Assembly (NCBI GenBank): GCA_038496445.1
Contig: JALMLS010000017.1
Location: 248,001 to 312,000 of the forward strand
DNA length: 64,000 nt
Reading direction: 5' to 3'
Source of the DNA: Trichosphaerium sp. ATCC 40318
Taxonomy: Eukaryota; Protista; Tubulinea
Shown: piece by piece, positions 1 through 12,951 of the stretch
Layout of the letters: the number at the start of each line of letters is the position of its first letter
Position numbering within the stretch: the stretch's first letter is position 1
Notes under the pieces: generated by a model
What the model saw: only the letters and a program-made list of their open reading frames with translations
Told to the model about the DNA's origin: nothing
Database searches by the model: none
Made by a program: the position numbers and the translations under genes

Positions 1-45
1 AAATAAGTAAAAACGTATCGTTTGCTTATTGTTTTATCAAAAAAG

Positions 46-906
46 GTGATGGTAATGATCACGTCCACCTCATCACCCCATTGGAAGTCGCTTCTGTCGA
101 TACAGCTGAAGGAGACGATTGTGTAGAGATTGATATGAGTGGTGATAGTAATACTCAATTATTAACTGGAACTGGTGATGATTGTGTCCGTATGGTCGGT
201 GGTGAATTTGGTGATATTAATACGTCATCCGGAGATGATTGTATCGGTATCATGACAACTTTGGTCACTGGATCTATTAATTGTACGTTAACAACGTCAA
301 AAAAACCCTTAGCTTCTTATTTCATTCTGTGTTCCAACCAACACAAAGACTAGACTGTTTTCGTATTTTTTTCCTGAAAACTAACACTTTTTTTTTTTCA
401 CAGCCGATGTCGGTTCAGATTGTCTTGTTTTGGGCGGTGGTAGAGCCGTTAATGTCGATACCGGTGATTCTGATACTGGTGATACTCTTTGTGCCTCCTT
501 GGTAACTCTAAGTGGTACAATGTCGACTGGAAACACCAACGGAGAGAATTGCGTCATTCTCACAAATACAAACATGCAGTCATTCTCAGGTGGTGAAGGC
601 GATGATGTTGTTATCATGACAAGAGCCAGTTCAGCTGTAGGCGATATCGATTTGAACGGAGGAAATGATTTCTTAGCCTTTAACGTCTCTTCACGCGCCA
701 ACACGCTGTCTGGTGGTGATGGAGAAGATATTATCATCGCTACAGGCTCTATTTTCAATAGCGCTGTCGGAAATGACGGAAACGACTGCTTGGAAGCTAC
801 ATCTAATACTGGACGTATCAGCGGAGGCACTGTTAACGTAAACGGTGGTGGTGATATTGATCTATGTGTTGCTGATTCCACTGCACGTCTTTTCGATTGC
901 GAGTAA
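46..906 (+). CDS. RTX/hemolysin-type Ca2+-binding beta-roll repeat protein, Cys-containing (5'-partial)
   Basis: Exons 46-282 and 404-906 (intron GTACG..CACAG 283-403). Repeats SGGEGDDV, LNGGNDF, LSGGDGEDI, VGNDGNDC, GTGDDC; ends DCE*. The gene continues off the left edge. Confidence 0.7.
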
Positions 907-1593
907 ACAAAGGATCGTTTACATATTTCAACAACCTATTATTACTCCTTAAAACCCTTCTTCTCATTTCACAACTCGAGAAAATCTGATAGATTGTATT
1001 TTTTGTCCTTTTTTGTCCTTGTTCATAAGACTTTTACTATTTGGACATAAAGCATTAAAAAAATACATTTAAAGAATAGTTTAATATCGTTTTCGTTTAC
1101 TTTGGCTGCTGAGCATTTGTATTTTTGGGAAAGCTTATCGTAATAACCCAACACCCGCACTAAATGTCTAAGCAAATGTAATTAAGAGTGTTGCAGTGCT
1201 TCTCGCTTGTCCTTTTCCTCTTGGAGCGCTGTTGGCCAAATAAGGTGAAAACAATTTCACAACTTACACAAGCAACTGTATCATAAGGTTTACGCGTGTT
1301 CTTAGTTTTCTACATTGTGCAAGTCACAAAATCTAAAAACCTTTCTTTAACTTGCTGTACAGCAAATTTCAACCATCAGATATGTACCAGCAGTACACAA
1401 GAATCACTATGGCACTGGAAATCTAAATACAACGCGTCAATCTAGAAAAAGCAATTTGGAAGTTCGTATTACGTTAAAATACATTTATTGTTATAGGTGT
1501 TACATGGTGTGTGATGTTCTAGCAATGGGTAGCGCTATAGTGGGTAAACCCAAATTGCGTGAACACGCCATTAATGTTCAAGATGAGCTTTTT

Positions 1594-2067
1594 TTACTTT
1601 CTCTTCTTAAACTCGGCTAGTTTGGTTTTAAGGATAGCCTCAACAGCTTCGAGTGCGTTATCGAATACTTTTGAGTCGAACTTTTTCGCGTCATACGCTA
1701 CTTGTAGGAACTGAACCTCTTCTGGTTCCAACGTAAGAGCACCGCTTCCGCAGTTGTTGAAGCCGAAATAGTGTTCGCACAATTTGGTAGCGACTTGCGT
1801 GGCGTCACCGCCTGATGCGTTCTTTTTGTAGCTTATGCTATCCTTGTAGAAGTGAAGGTTCTCTTCTGCGAAGTCCTTAGAGAGGAACTGTTCGAATTGG
1901 CTGTAAGCGTTCGAATCCGCGAGAAGAGATTGAAGATTAGCTGGGAAGGCGCTGTTAGTAGCTTTTTTCTTTCCATGCAAACAACCACAAAATTTGACCC
2001 TGTAGCAATAGCTTATTAGTTTAAGGCTTATAGATAAAAGAAGTAAAGTATTTTGTGTCACGTACAT
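1594..2067 (-). CDS. Small RGS-domain protein (regulator of G-protein signalling)
   Basis: FEQFLSKDFAEENLHFY is the RGS core motif. A probable 66-nt intron at 2000-2065 gives the N-terminus MVKFCGC. Confidence 0.85.
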   Translation of the reverse strand: MYVTQNTLLLLSISLKLISYCYRVKFCGCLHGKKKATNSAFPANLQSLLADSNAYSQFEQFLSKDFAEENLHFYKDSISYKKNASGGDATQVATKLCEHYFGFNNCGSGALTLEPEEVQFLQVAYDAKKFDSKVFDNALEAVEAILKTKLAEFKKRK

Positions 2068-2192
2068 GATGCTAACTCAGGCTTCCACAACTGTAAATGA
2101 TATTTTATGACATTCCAAATTTAGGAGTCAACTATTTTCTTTACTTACGAGAATAATCGTGAAGTGTTTGTCTCAAACTCAACAAGTTCATA

Positions 2193-4241
2193 ATGAGGAG
2201 CATTTTACTTGCGATTAGTTTCGCTGTATCAATTATAGGCCAGCTAGTTGCTGGCGTGTACTATGTACTGTAGTGTGACCAACAGTATACTTATTATTGA
2301 CATTTGAGCCTAGACCTCGTTCAATGCTTACTCTGAAGGTATTATGTCTATAAAACGCGTTAAATGACAATTTTGTAGCGTTTAAACAACAGTTAAACCT
2401 AACACAGCCAGAAGTTACTCTTATCGCTAGTTTGGGCGTAGTAGGTTGGGTTTAACAGTTTATTAAGTTACTTACACTGGTAGGCCAATCCTTCGCTTTT
2501 TTTCCGGGCTGGGTAACGTTAAATCATTAGCCAATTGTCTGGGGATTCCCTAACTGAGTTGTAGGTAACCGACAAATGCGGGGGACGATTCTCCGCACTC
2601 TTAGCACTCATTTATACCTCATTGCATGTGCGTATACGCTGACACACCACTAACGCAGTTACAGAGGGTATTTTCTTGTGTGGCTTGTGTTTAAAGGCTT
2701 TATCCCTGTAAATGTCCCTCTTCTCTCTTTTCTATTCTTCATCATAGGACAGGGAGGTGCTTTTGGCTACATGTCGACTCTCAGCGTTCAGGTGCATTCA
2801 TAATCAGAATATTCTTATCGAAATTAACATCGAGTTTTTTTAAGGTTCGGAACTTTCCAAGCAAGTATAGAGGCCTTGTTATTGGTGTACTTGCCATGTT
2901 TTTTGGACTTAGCGGAACTGTATTCGCGCCGATATTTTCTCAAGGTTATGGTTCGAGTATTGTAACTAGAGGTATTTCACCAACAAAAAAATCACGTGTA
3001 ATAAGGTCTTACAAATACTGGATAGATCAGGATGTTACTGGCTATCTTTTTTTTTTAATGATCACTCACTTGGTAAGAACAATCACATGATATCCATACA
3101 CTCGTTGTTCGTAAGTGGTATCTAATAATAGTGCATAGGTTGTATACAGTTTATGTGTTTTATCTTTACACAATTTTTCTCTACCGCCTGAGGTGGATGA
3201 TTCAACGCCAATGATAACAGCGGATGAAGAGGGTGAACAAGTGTTTTCAGAAGAAAGTACTCACTCTCAAAAACCAGTATGCTTGCGTACAGATTACTGG
3301 CTTGTTGTTATAGTATTTGCCATTATGGGATGTATAGTAGCGTTCACAGTGTATGTCTATGAAAATGAGAATTTTTTCCCTATTTTCTTTCTTTGTAAAA
3401 AAAGTTTGATTGTTGATAGGTACAATGTTGCTTATATTGCTGTCTCTTTGTGGGGATTAAATACATCTAAATCAAAAAAGATTATTGACGACATGACAAT
3501 TATACTCCCGGCATTCAGTGGTGTATGTAAGTAACGTACTTATAGTTATGAACCTATTCTAAGTTTTTTCAATAGTACGACCTGTTGTGGGTTACATTTC
3601 AGATAAGTTTAAATACCATCTATCTCGTCAATGGTGGTATTTTTTTACTGGTGTAATCACTTTATTCTCACAAGCAATACTCATATTATGGATGAAAACT
3701 CCAGCAACATTATACATGTATGATACTGTCATCAAAATTTTTTAGTATTGACACTTTTTTTTCACAGAACTTGTATAATTATTGGTACAGTTTGGGGTGT
3801 TCTCTTCAGTCTCGTCCCAGTGCGTTAGGAGAATGCGATACCAATGATTTTGACACTTATATAGGCAATGTTGAGTGATTGGTATGATACAAAGAACTTT
3901 GGATTGTACTGGGGAATGGTAAATCACAAAGCTTTTTTCCCCTTGTTTTTTATTGTTTATTCTTCGTAGTGTATCTTTGGTCATGGGTTATTTTTGCTTG
4001 CAATGCAACAAATATCAAGCCAGCTTTATGACATAAACATTGAAGGTAACAATATTAACTGCTTTGGCGAAGGTACGCAAAAAATACAACCAACACAAAT
4101 CATGAAAAAGTACAAACAACAATTGACACTGAAATTGAAAAAATAGATTGTTGGCGATCAACGTTCGCTTTGACTACGTGCTTGGCTCTTGTTGGTTGCT
4201 TTATTTCATTCAGCATGGCAATTATGAAGAAAAGATTTTAA
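2193..4241 (+). CDS. Nodulin-like/NFD4/Mch1-type MFS transporter, multi-exon
   Basis: Hydrophobic exons; motifs RNFPSKYRGLVIGVLAMFFGLSG, RPVVGYISD, FYDIN...NCFGEDCWRSTF; stop TAA at 4239-4241. Confidence 0.85.
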
Positions 4242-4497
4242 GAATCCCATAGAGCTCAGATCACTGAAAGTAAAACGAAAGAAATCCAAGTTGTCAAATA
4301 TTTCTTTTTCTCAGAGTTCGATAAAAAAAAACCTCCACAAAACGTCACCACACCACAATAATATGTAAATAAAACACCATTACTTATGACTTTGAAAAAA
4401 TAGTTGCAATTTTATTTTTTACCCCTCACAACGCGCACTTTTGCTTCAAGTCTTTTTTTCTTCCATCAAAAAAAAAAAACAGAAAAAAAGAGATGCT

Positions 4498-5443
4498 TTA
4501 GAGGATGGTACATCTTCTTCTCTCTTCCTGAATTGGTTGTGGAGGCTGTGGTGATGGTGCTACAGGAGTAGCATTTTCATCTGGTTTCTCTAACTCTTCT
4601 GGTGAGGTGATAGTGTGATGAGATGTTTCCTACAACGCATAAGAAAAATAGTACTCGAAGCAATAAAAAATGTTGAAAAAAAAAAATCAAAAAAAAACCG
4701 TTTCTCATACCTCTCCGTAAACATACTCAAAAGCTAATTCTAGAACCTTCTCGACTGATTCCTTGACATTAGTACCATCATACGCTGACGCTTCAAACAT
4801 TGGTACATCGTATTTGCACGTATCAACCCATTCTTGGGCGTATTGTTGAGAAACTGTTCTATCTTGTTCCAAGTCTAGTTTAGTACCAACCAATACAATA
4901 GGGAAATCCTTTTCGCCTCCAATCATCTAATTGTAACGTTATGAGCGCCGTGTGACATATTTCTGTTAAAGATCGTACGTGAGAGTAGATATGATCACGA
5001 ATCTCGTCTAGATGGTCGAATGAAGCGCTTCCAGTGGTGTCATATAGCACCAAACATCCTGAAGCGGTTGAGTAATCAATCTCCTCGTCGCTGTATTCAC
5101 TACCGGCGGTATCCTTGAGTGGGTTAGCTCAAAGTTGAGTTGTAGTGTAATTGATATGACGCGTACATAAAAAACGACACGGACTTTCTTGTCATTTATC
5201 GTTATTACAGTGTCTAGCTTCTTGAGGCTTGTGTTTTGGCTAATATCATTGCTGAAGACTTTTTTCTTCCATCTATGCAGGAAAGTGGATTTACCTGCAC
5301 GCCATAAGCGGAAATAAAACAAAGGCGTAAACCACGCCGATAACAGCTTTTAGAAAAAGAAGAATTACTACTCCGAAGTAAACAAACGTACCGACGCCTG
5401 AATCTCCCACTAGCAGAATGTTTAATTGATGTGTTTCCGTCAT
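4498..5443 (-). CDS. Divergent Ras/Rab-superfamily small GTPase with CaaX box
   Basis: Spliced G1 GDSGVGKST, G3 DTAGSE, G4 GTKLD, G5 EASA; C-terminus RRRCTIL*. Confidence 0.85.
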
Positions 5444-5502
5444 GCTTGTTACAAATAAAAGTAGGGAATAATAATCAAGAATAATTATGACTGCTATACA
5501 CT

Positions 5503-6270
5503 ATGTTGCGCAGAGCTAGTAGCACGCTTCTGGACTTCTTTTGCCTTGTACCACGCGGTATATTTGTCCCACTGGTGCGTACCTTTCGCTGAACTTGTTT
5601 TGACATTTAAAACAGTATGCACGCGCGTGGTTGTATGTGATGGTCATAATAGCGGTTGTTTTTGGTTTGCAACGTACAACATTATGTTTCTGTACTCTTT
5701 TTCTGTCCTATCTCTAGGTAATCCAGTCACATGGGTTGTTTTGGCATTTTTATTCTGTTTTAGCTTTGGCAGGTATGTTTGAACCCCACAAACATCTTCT
5801 CTAACCTACTAATAGGCTATTCAAAGTATTTAACAACAACGACGCTCTAATGCAGTCTCTACGCCAAAGAACAGCGCAACGTGTACAACATGGTGAAAAT
5901 GATGTCAATTTAACCCATTTACGCCTAACTGCGATGGACAGAGATTTCACGCCTGATGGTAATACCTGTACCACATTATTGCTAATTTTGAGCTTTAGAC
6001 TATGAGTTGTTGAATCAGCTAGATCGTGCTTTGCAAAATACCAGAGGCGCCACTCCAGAGCAGCTAGAGCGCTTACCAGTGGAAATTAAGGAACCAGAAT
6101 TGGCAGGAAGCGAGGCTGAGGAAGAGCCATGTATCATCTGTCTTGATCTAATAGCACCTGGACAATCCATTAAAACGCTGCCTTGTTTCCATAGATTTCA
6201 CAGCGCTTGTGTAGACAGGTGGTTATTAACAAAGGCGACTTGTCCAGTATGCCAAGTACGGCCATTATAA
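5503..6270 (+). CDS. SDIR1-like membrane-anchored RING-H2 E3 ubiquitin ligase
   Basis: N-terminal TM segments; HLRLTAMDRDFTPDDYELLNQLD; CIIC..LPCFHRFHSACVDRWL..CPVC. Confidence 0.85.
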
Positions 6271-6514
6271 TAAGTGTTTAACCCACTAAACATGTGCATA
6301 GGGTGCCATATAAGTTGTACACAAAAAGGGAGAACTGGGATAAACAGTGTAAATAAAATGGAGTGTAAAGTAGACGATTTTATATTTGAATTATAACGGT
6401 TGACCACCTCTATTTACAAAGCTTAAGGTCACAAAGAGACCGTTATATGTATGTAAAAAGTCTAGGGGTGTTTGAGAGCCTAGTGTAGTAGACTGGGGGA
6501 AAAAAAAGAGACCA

Positions 6515-8101
6515 TTAATTAATAACCGAAGGTCCTTGCTTCCTGCCTGTCAAAATTATTAACAATTTGCTTTATGTAGTGTTTTGACATACCTTTCCAA
6601 GCATCATGACTTTGAGCTCTTAGAAGCGTACTTGACTTATGTACATCTTCCATACCACGAGACTTTTTCTATAATGCTCCATTAGAAGTTGTCAAAACAA
6701 ACCAAAAAAAGAAACCGAACGTGCCTCAAGTCTTTCTTGCTTCTTTTTAGTAAGTGGTGCAAGAGCAAATTTCTTACTACCACGTTCTGAAATAGCTCTC
6801 AATTCGAAATAAAACTTTGCATACCTAACAAGAGTGTTGAAATAAGATCAAAAACGTTACATGCCAAAAAAAAAAAACGCACTCTGCCGAGGTGAGGGAA
6901 ACGTTAAATTTTAGAAGGTTGAGTAGATGTCTTTCTAGAATATTGAGATCGTTTACAGTGACATTAGGAAAGCAGCTAAGAAAGTCTACATTCCAAACAG
7001 CTTGATCTTCCCACACTAAAACAAAACAATGCCTGTTAGTGCGTGTACATAGATAAACAATGTAATTACCCTTAGAAGCAAGTATAATTCCACTAAGCGC
7101 TATTCTACGCCAATTAGATGCGTGGAGTGTAATACCTGTACTCTCTGTAAGTCTATCCAAATACGCCTGGGGTTTTCCGTTAAAAGCCATTTTTGAGGTG
7201 TTTTGTAATTAACGGACCATAGCCATAACTCCACATTCGGCGCTTAATTGTTCTACTGTGAAAATAACGTTAAGGAAATGCCATATAGTCTTGGTGTTTG
7301 GTGTATTCTCAAGATCGAGTTTACTGTCTTTTTCCTTTTTGTTTACGCGTTAGTAAAAACTACCGCATAGGTTACTACCATACCAAAGGATGCAAATGCT
7401 CGCTGAATATTTTTCTAAATGTTTTGTCTTTCGTATTTTCAGTTCCTTTCATGTTTCTATAGAATACTGTAGCCATACTATAGATACGGTAAATATTACG
7501 TAGAATAGCTTTTTTGGAAAAAATTGTTTTAGATAGTACCATTTGACAACTGCATCTACATCTGGTGCATTTATGGTATCTTTGATAAATAGAGTTGAGG
7601 TTGAGGACGATTTTTGCGAAATTGACCTCTTTTTCATTCCTTCCTACCGACACTTTACAAAAATACATATTTCTCTGTACGTACGACTGTTAGGTGTACA
7701 GCGGGCTTAACAGGCTCGTCGCTACTATCAGATGTTTTTCTGGCCTTTCGCAACAAAGATGGTGAGTGAACGCGCTGTGAAGAAGCTTCTGTTTCGTCTT
7801 CATCAACTACCCTTTCGTTAGGAAATATTTTTTATCAATTAAATGAGAAATTGGAATTTAGATCTTGTTTGCTTCGTCCAATAGCTACTGAGCAAATAAA
7901 TTGGCGTAGAGGATGCGTACTGATGATAATTGGTTTCATCTCACCCTCACTGGTCTCTTCACCTTTGTTACTACCTCAATCGTTAGTAATGAGTCACAGA
8001 GCATAGTAGAAGACCGATTTGTTTGAATTTGCTACTTATGGACTTGTGGCATGCCACTGGGTGTGCACAGGAACGTACGTTTTTTCTGTTTGTGATGCCA
8101 T
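6515..8101 (-). CDS. CCNY: Cyclin Y-like protein
   Basis: [65 protein letters not shown]. Confidence 0.9.
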
Positions 8102-8576
8102 AGTCTCCAACTTTGGTTGAGCGCTGTGATAAGTGGTGAATAAGAATAATTGGATGGTTAAGGCGTAAAATAGGCTAATTTGGGCTTGTACGCTAGCAAA
8201 TTTAAGCGCTGTATTGTAAACGCACTGTATACATGGTAGAAAACATTTTAAAGTAATACAACAAAGCAATGGTAGTTTTGACTCACCAATAAAAAAATTA
8301 AAGTTTAAAAGTAGTCTTCGTTGTTTTTGTTAATTAGGATGACGTACAGACCCATTTTTTTTCTCTCTTCTCACGTGATTTGGTTATCTGGACTTTTATC
8401 AACAAAAGTGTTTTTTTTGATTGGGTTGTGCTTCATTTCTGTACGATACTCATATAACCGTTGCTATCCATCTATAAAGCAAACAAGTTTATCGGTTGGG
8501 GATTAAGTCCAGTGGTTTTCAAGACAAGACTCGTAGAGCTTGGCGAGCACTGTAGGATATAATGTTGTGTTATTAA

Positions 8577-11500
8577 ATGTCGAGCAACGGGTTTGGATTA
8601 CTTGAAGGCGAAACGATTTCTGTCTTAGTGCGTAAATAAATTTACGTTACTTGTCAAAAGAGTGTTAATACTGTTACTAGGTTGACGGCGTTACTGCGCT
8701 TGTTGGGTAAGCTTTAAGGATTTAGATATATTCTTCTTTTTTTTTTGTTTAACTATCGCTACTGCGCTTTGAGTACTAACGTAGCTCTTTTTGCTATTAA
8801 TGCAGTTTTGAAACAAAGTATGAAAAGAATACAATATCAACTGGTCAATTCGCGCTATCCAATTATCGCATCATCTTCATCATTGGAGAGAGAGATAAAA
8901 ACAATGTCTTTGAGGTAATTAACAAAAAAAAAAAAGAAACAATCAAAAAAAAAAGTTTGTGGTTGTTTGGCAAATAGACAAAAAACCAACTCCTACAAGA
9001 TGTTGTCGTAGTTATCACGTGATGCAAATTTTTTTTTTAGATCCCTCTTATCACCATTGATACAGTGAACCAAAAATCGCAAAAAACGAAGTACAACAAG
9101 TCGAAGCAACTTATAATCACGACGAAAGATTTAAAGAGGTGAACAAACCCAAAAAAAAAAAATTCGATTCGATTTTCTCTAAATTTTTTTTTCTCTTTAG
9201 GTTTAAATGGACCTTTAACGTGGGTCAACATTCAACAAAAGTGTTTGCACTCTTAGATGAAATTAAAAAGAGCGCAAGCACTACAAAGGTTTTCGCATTC
9301 AGTTACTCCTTAAATGTATCTGATAAATATAATGGATGGACTATATACGATCCTGTAAAAGAATTTGAGCGTATGGGTATCAATCCAGGTAAAAAAAATA
9401 AGCGATTTTCTTTTTTTTTTGAGTCTTTCTGGATTGTAACATCACGTGATTTAATTGACTTTTCTTTTTCAAGATAACTCGCAATGGAGGGTATCTAACG
9501 TTAATAAATATTTCCACATGGTGCCTACTTATCCCGAAAAATTGGCTGTACCAGCTTCAATAACAGATGAGCAATTATGGGCTGCAGCAAAGTTTAGGGT
9601 ATGCGTGAACGCACGTGAAGGTTTCTAACAAAATAAATTAGAGTAAAGCGCGTCTTCCTGTATTGACATGGAAACGTAAAAATAATCCTGCGGTCATAAC
9701 TAGATGTGCACAACCACTTGTAGGACTTAACGTACGAGCGTGACGAAGTAAGTTATTTGGAACTCTTACTTTGCTTTGTTTTTTAGAATTCTCGATCAGC
9801 AGCCGATGAACATTTAATGGGTTCGTACAGGGCAAATTTAAGAGTATACACTTAGTGTTATAGAGTCAATCCTTTCATCTAATCCTCGTTCTAACACACT
9901 GCATATCCTCGATCTACGTCCAAAGGCAGCCAGGTAATATTGAACATGTTTTTGCTCACAATTGTTTTTCTAATACAATCGCTAAAGTGTTGCAAATCAA
10001 ACTATTGGTGGTGGATACGAGCATAACAAGAGTTATCCAAATTGTGATTTACAATTCTTGGGTATTGATAATATACACGCAATAAGAGAGAGTTTTGAGC
10101 AGTTATCAGAAATATACGGTATGTAAAAACCAGCATTGAACGAGTGATGAAGAAAAAACACAAAAACCAACACAAAATAGGAAAGTCGAAACATCACAAA
10201 CAGACATGGTTAAAAGCCATAGAAGGATCAGATTGGTTGAAATATACACGACGTATTATATACGCTTCAAGTACGGTTGTAGTACGAGGGGTTTACATTA
10301 ACACAATTTGTAGGCAAGGTTATAAAATTTATTGAAAAGGATAAACTTTCTGTTGTACTTCATTGTTCAGGTAAAGGAGAATCCCGTTTTGGGAAAAAAA
10401 CAAAAATCACGTGAATGTAACTCATGAGCTTACTTTCAAAAAAAGATGGATGGGACAGAACGGCTCAAGTTAGCGCTATAGCGCAATTGTGCTTAGACTA
10501 TTATTTTCGTACTTTTGAAGGTTTTGCTATATTGATAGAGAAGGAGGTATGGTAGTTGTTTTGGTTTTTTTTTCAAAGTAAGTTCACATGTTTTGTGCGC
10601 AGTGGCTTCGATATGGACATAAATTTGCGGAACGTTGTGGTCATTCAATAGACAAGACTACATCTACTTCTGAGAGGTCACCTATTTTTGTTCAGTTCTT
10701 GGATTGCGTCAGTCAGTTGTTGCATCAGTTTCCGTGCTCTTTTGAGTTTAACAACGATTACCTCGTATTCATTGCAGAGTACGACTTTTGTCTATTTCTC
10801 CCCTGTTCCTACTTAGTTTCGTTTTAGGCATCTTTACAGTTGTAGATTCGGTACCTTTCTATATGATGCGCACAAAGAACGTATGGATAATGGTGTGATG
10901 CAACATACGGTAAGAGAATATAGTTATAGATACCAGTTAAACTTATTTTCCAAAAAAAAAGGTGTCAATATGGTCTTTCTTGAACATGAACAAGAAGCAC
11001 TACTTGAATTCTTTCTATGTAAAAAACAAAAGCGTTCTATGGCCTAGCCATGCAGAAAAAGACTTACGATTCTGGGATGAGTACTGTATGAGGTCAGTAG
11101 TCGCCTACAAAAAGGTTGTTAAATTCGACTGTTTAACATTTGTTCAGGTGGTGTTCTGTTCAAGAAGAACATGAAGATCCGTTGGTTTCTTTGTCAATGA
11201 AGTTACACAAACTCGAAAAGAAAAGTACGCGCATTCATTCCTATCTTTTAGCCTTACACTCTTTTTCATCAAGTGCGTTCATTAAAAAGTAATGTGGCAA
11301 GTGTAAGAAAAGAAAAGGGATCAAGTCCAAAAATAGATGCGTACGGTTTGTAGATTTACTGTAGATTGTGAATCTAAAAGTGCTTTTAGGATTGAGAAGA
11401 CTATTGAAGATATTTTTAGCGATATATCTCGCTTCCACTGCAAGAAACAGCATCAGACAGCAACACCGGATATGCTTAGTACGTTCGACGATGAACTATG

Positions 11501-12775
11501 TAGTAACAGCTTGGTTAGATACGGGTGCACGCCTTACAAAAGTTGGTACATCAAAGTCACCAGTTATTGTCAGAGCAACTCTTGGTTCACCGAATTGGGT
11601 ACCTGATGGCTGGGTTAAGAGTTGTCACAGTTGCAAGAAGCAATTTTCTCGAGTTAAAAGAAAAGCACGTGATTTTTGGTAGTTAATAGTTTGAAAGAAA
11701 AAAGTGAAAGACTAACATTGTTGGTCTTTTTTTTTAGCATCATTGTAGACACTGTGGTATGGTATTTTGTGATAGTTGTACATCAAAGAGATTCCCAATC
11801 GAAAAGTTCAAAATATCTAAACCAGCACGTGTTTGTGATAATTGTGCTCTTGGATTACTCCACGAACAATCTAAAAAGATGTTGGACGTATGTTTCTTCT
11901 TTTGTTGTTTTTTTTTTCATCAGCTAATATTGTTTATTATCTCACGTATTCTTGCACAATAGGAGATTGTAACGAAATACCCAAAGGTCAACAAGCATAA
12001 TTGTCTTAAAAGTGTATTTAGTTTTGTTTTAGTTAAAGTACTGGGTCGCTGGAAAATCGAAAGCAAATCCAATACAATCTACAAAACAAGCTAGGACTCC
12101 GAACTCGTCTAGGGTAGCCAGAAAGACTATTGTTAGGCCACGCCCACCAAGAAGACTAGCACCTTCAAGTGGACCACCAAAACTAACTAAAAGAAGGAGT
12201 CAAACTAGCTTAGATACTGGTAACGCACGAACAAGCTCAAACACATTACATAGGTAAACAGCAATATTTTTTATCACGTGATAAATTGATATCTAAAAAT
12301 ACACCTACAGGTCAGACTTGAAGAACCTCAGAGAGAAGATGGCATCTGATAAAGAAATGCGCTCTTTGTTACGCTGTAGATCGACATCCAATACAAGAGA
12401 ACTTTACAGTACGACAGACATAATGAACGCTTCTTTTGTATTCTAGTTAGAGTGCTAACACTTCAGCAGAAGAGGAAGAGTTTGGCCCTAACACAAGAAG
12501 GCTTGGTACCACCAAACTAGCTTTTTCAAGTCCTCCTCAATAGGATTAGCGCACTCTTCAAAATCAAACTCATCCTACATGTCTGGCGTCGTGCCTGTAC
12601 GCAACTCTGTTGATGGAGAAGCCGTCAAAAAGTTGAAGCGTACGTTTGGATTGGTTTGAAGTAAAAACCGTTTTATGCTTATTATGGTGTCCTGTTTTTA
12701 GGTGAGGCGCGTGAATATGATGCAGAAGTACTTCAGGAAGTGTTTGATGATGCCGTGGACGAAAAATGGTTGTGA
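8577..12775 (+). CDS. Active myotubularin-family phosphoinositide 3-phosphatase with C-terminal FYVE domain
   Basis: Spliced VVLHCSDGWDRT active site; [13 protein letters not shown]; [11 protein letters not shown]; FYVE WVPD..CHSC..RKHHCRHCG..RVC. Confidence 0.93.
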
Positions 12776-12951
12776 GGTTGTTTAACGCATAAATTAACGT
12801 TTTTTAGCAGAGTACAACGGTAGTGGTAGTAAATTATTGTGTTATATTAGACTGTTTGTGTATTGAAGGGTTGTGACATAAACATTTTTTGATTGGCTTA
12901 CGTTTGACTTTTTTTTTTTTTTTTTTCACAACCAATTTTTTACCCAACAAC

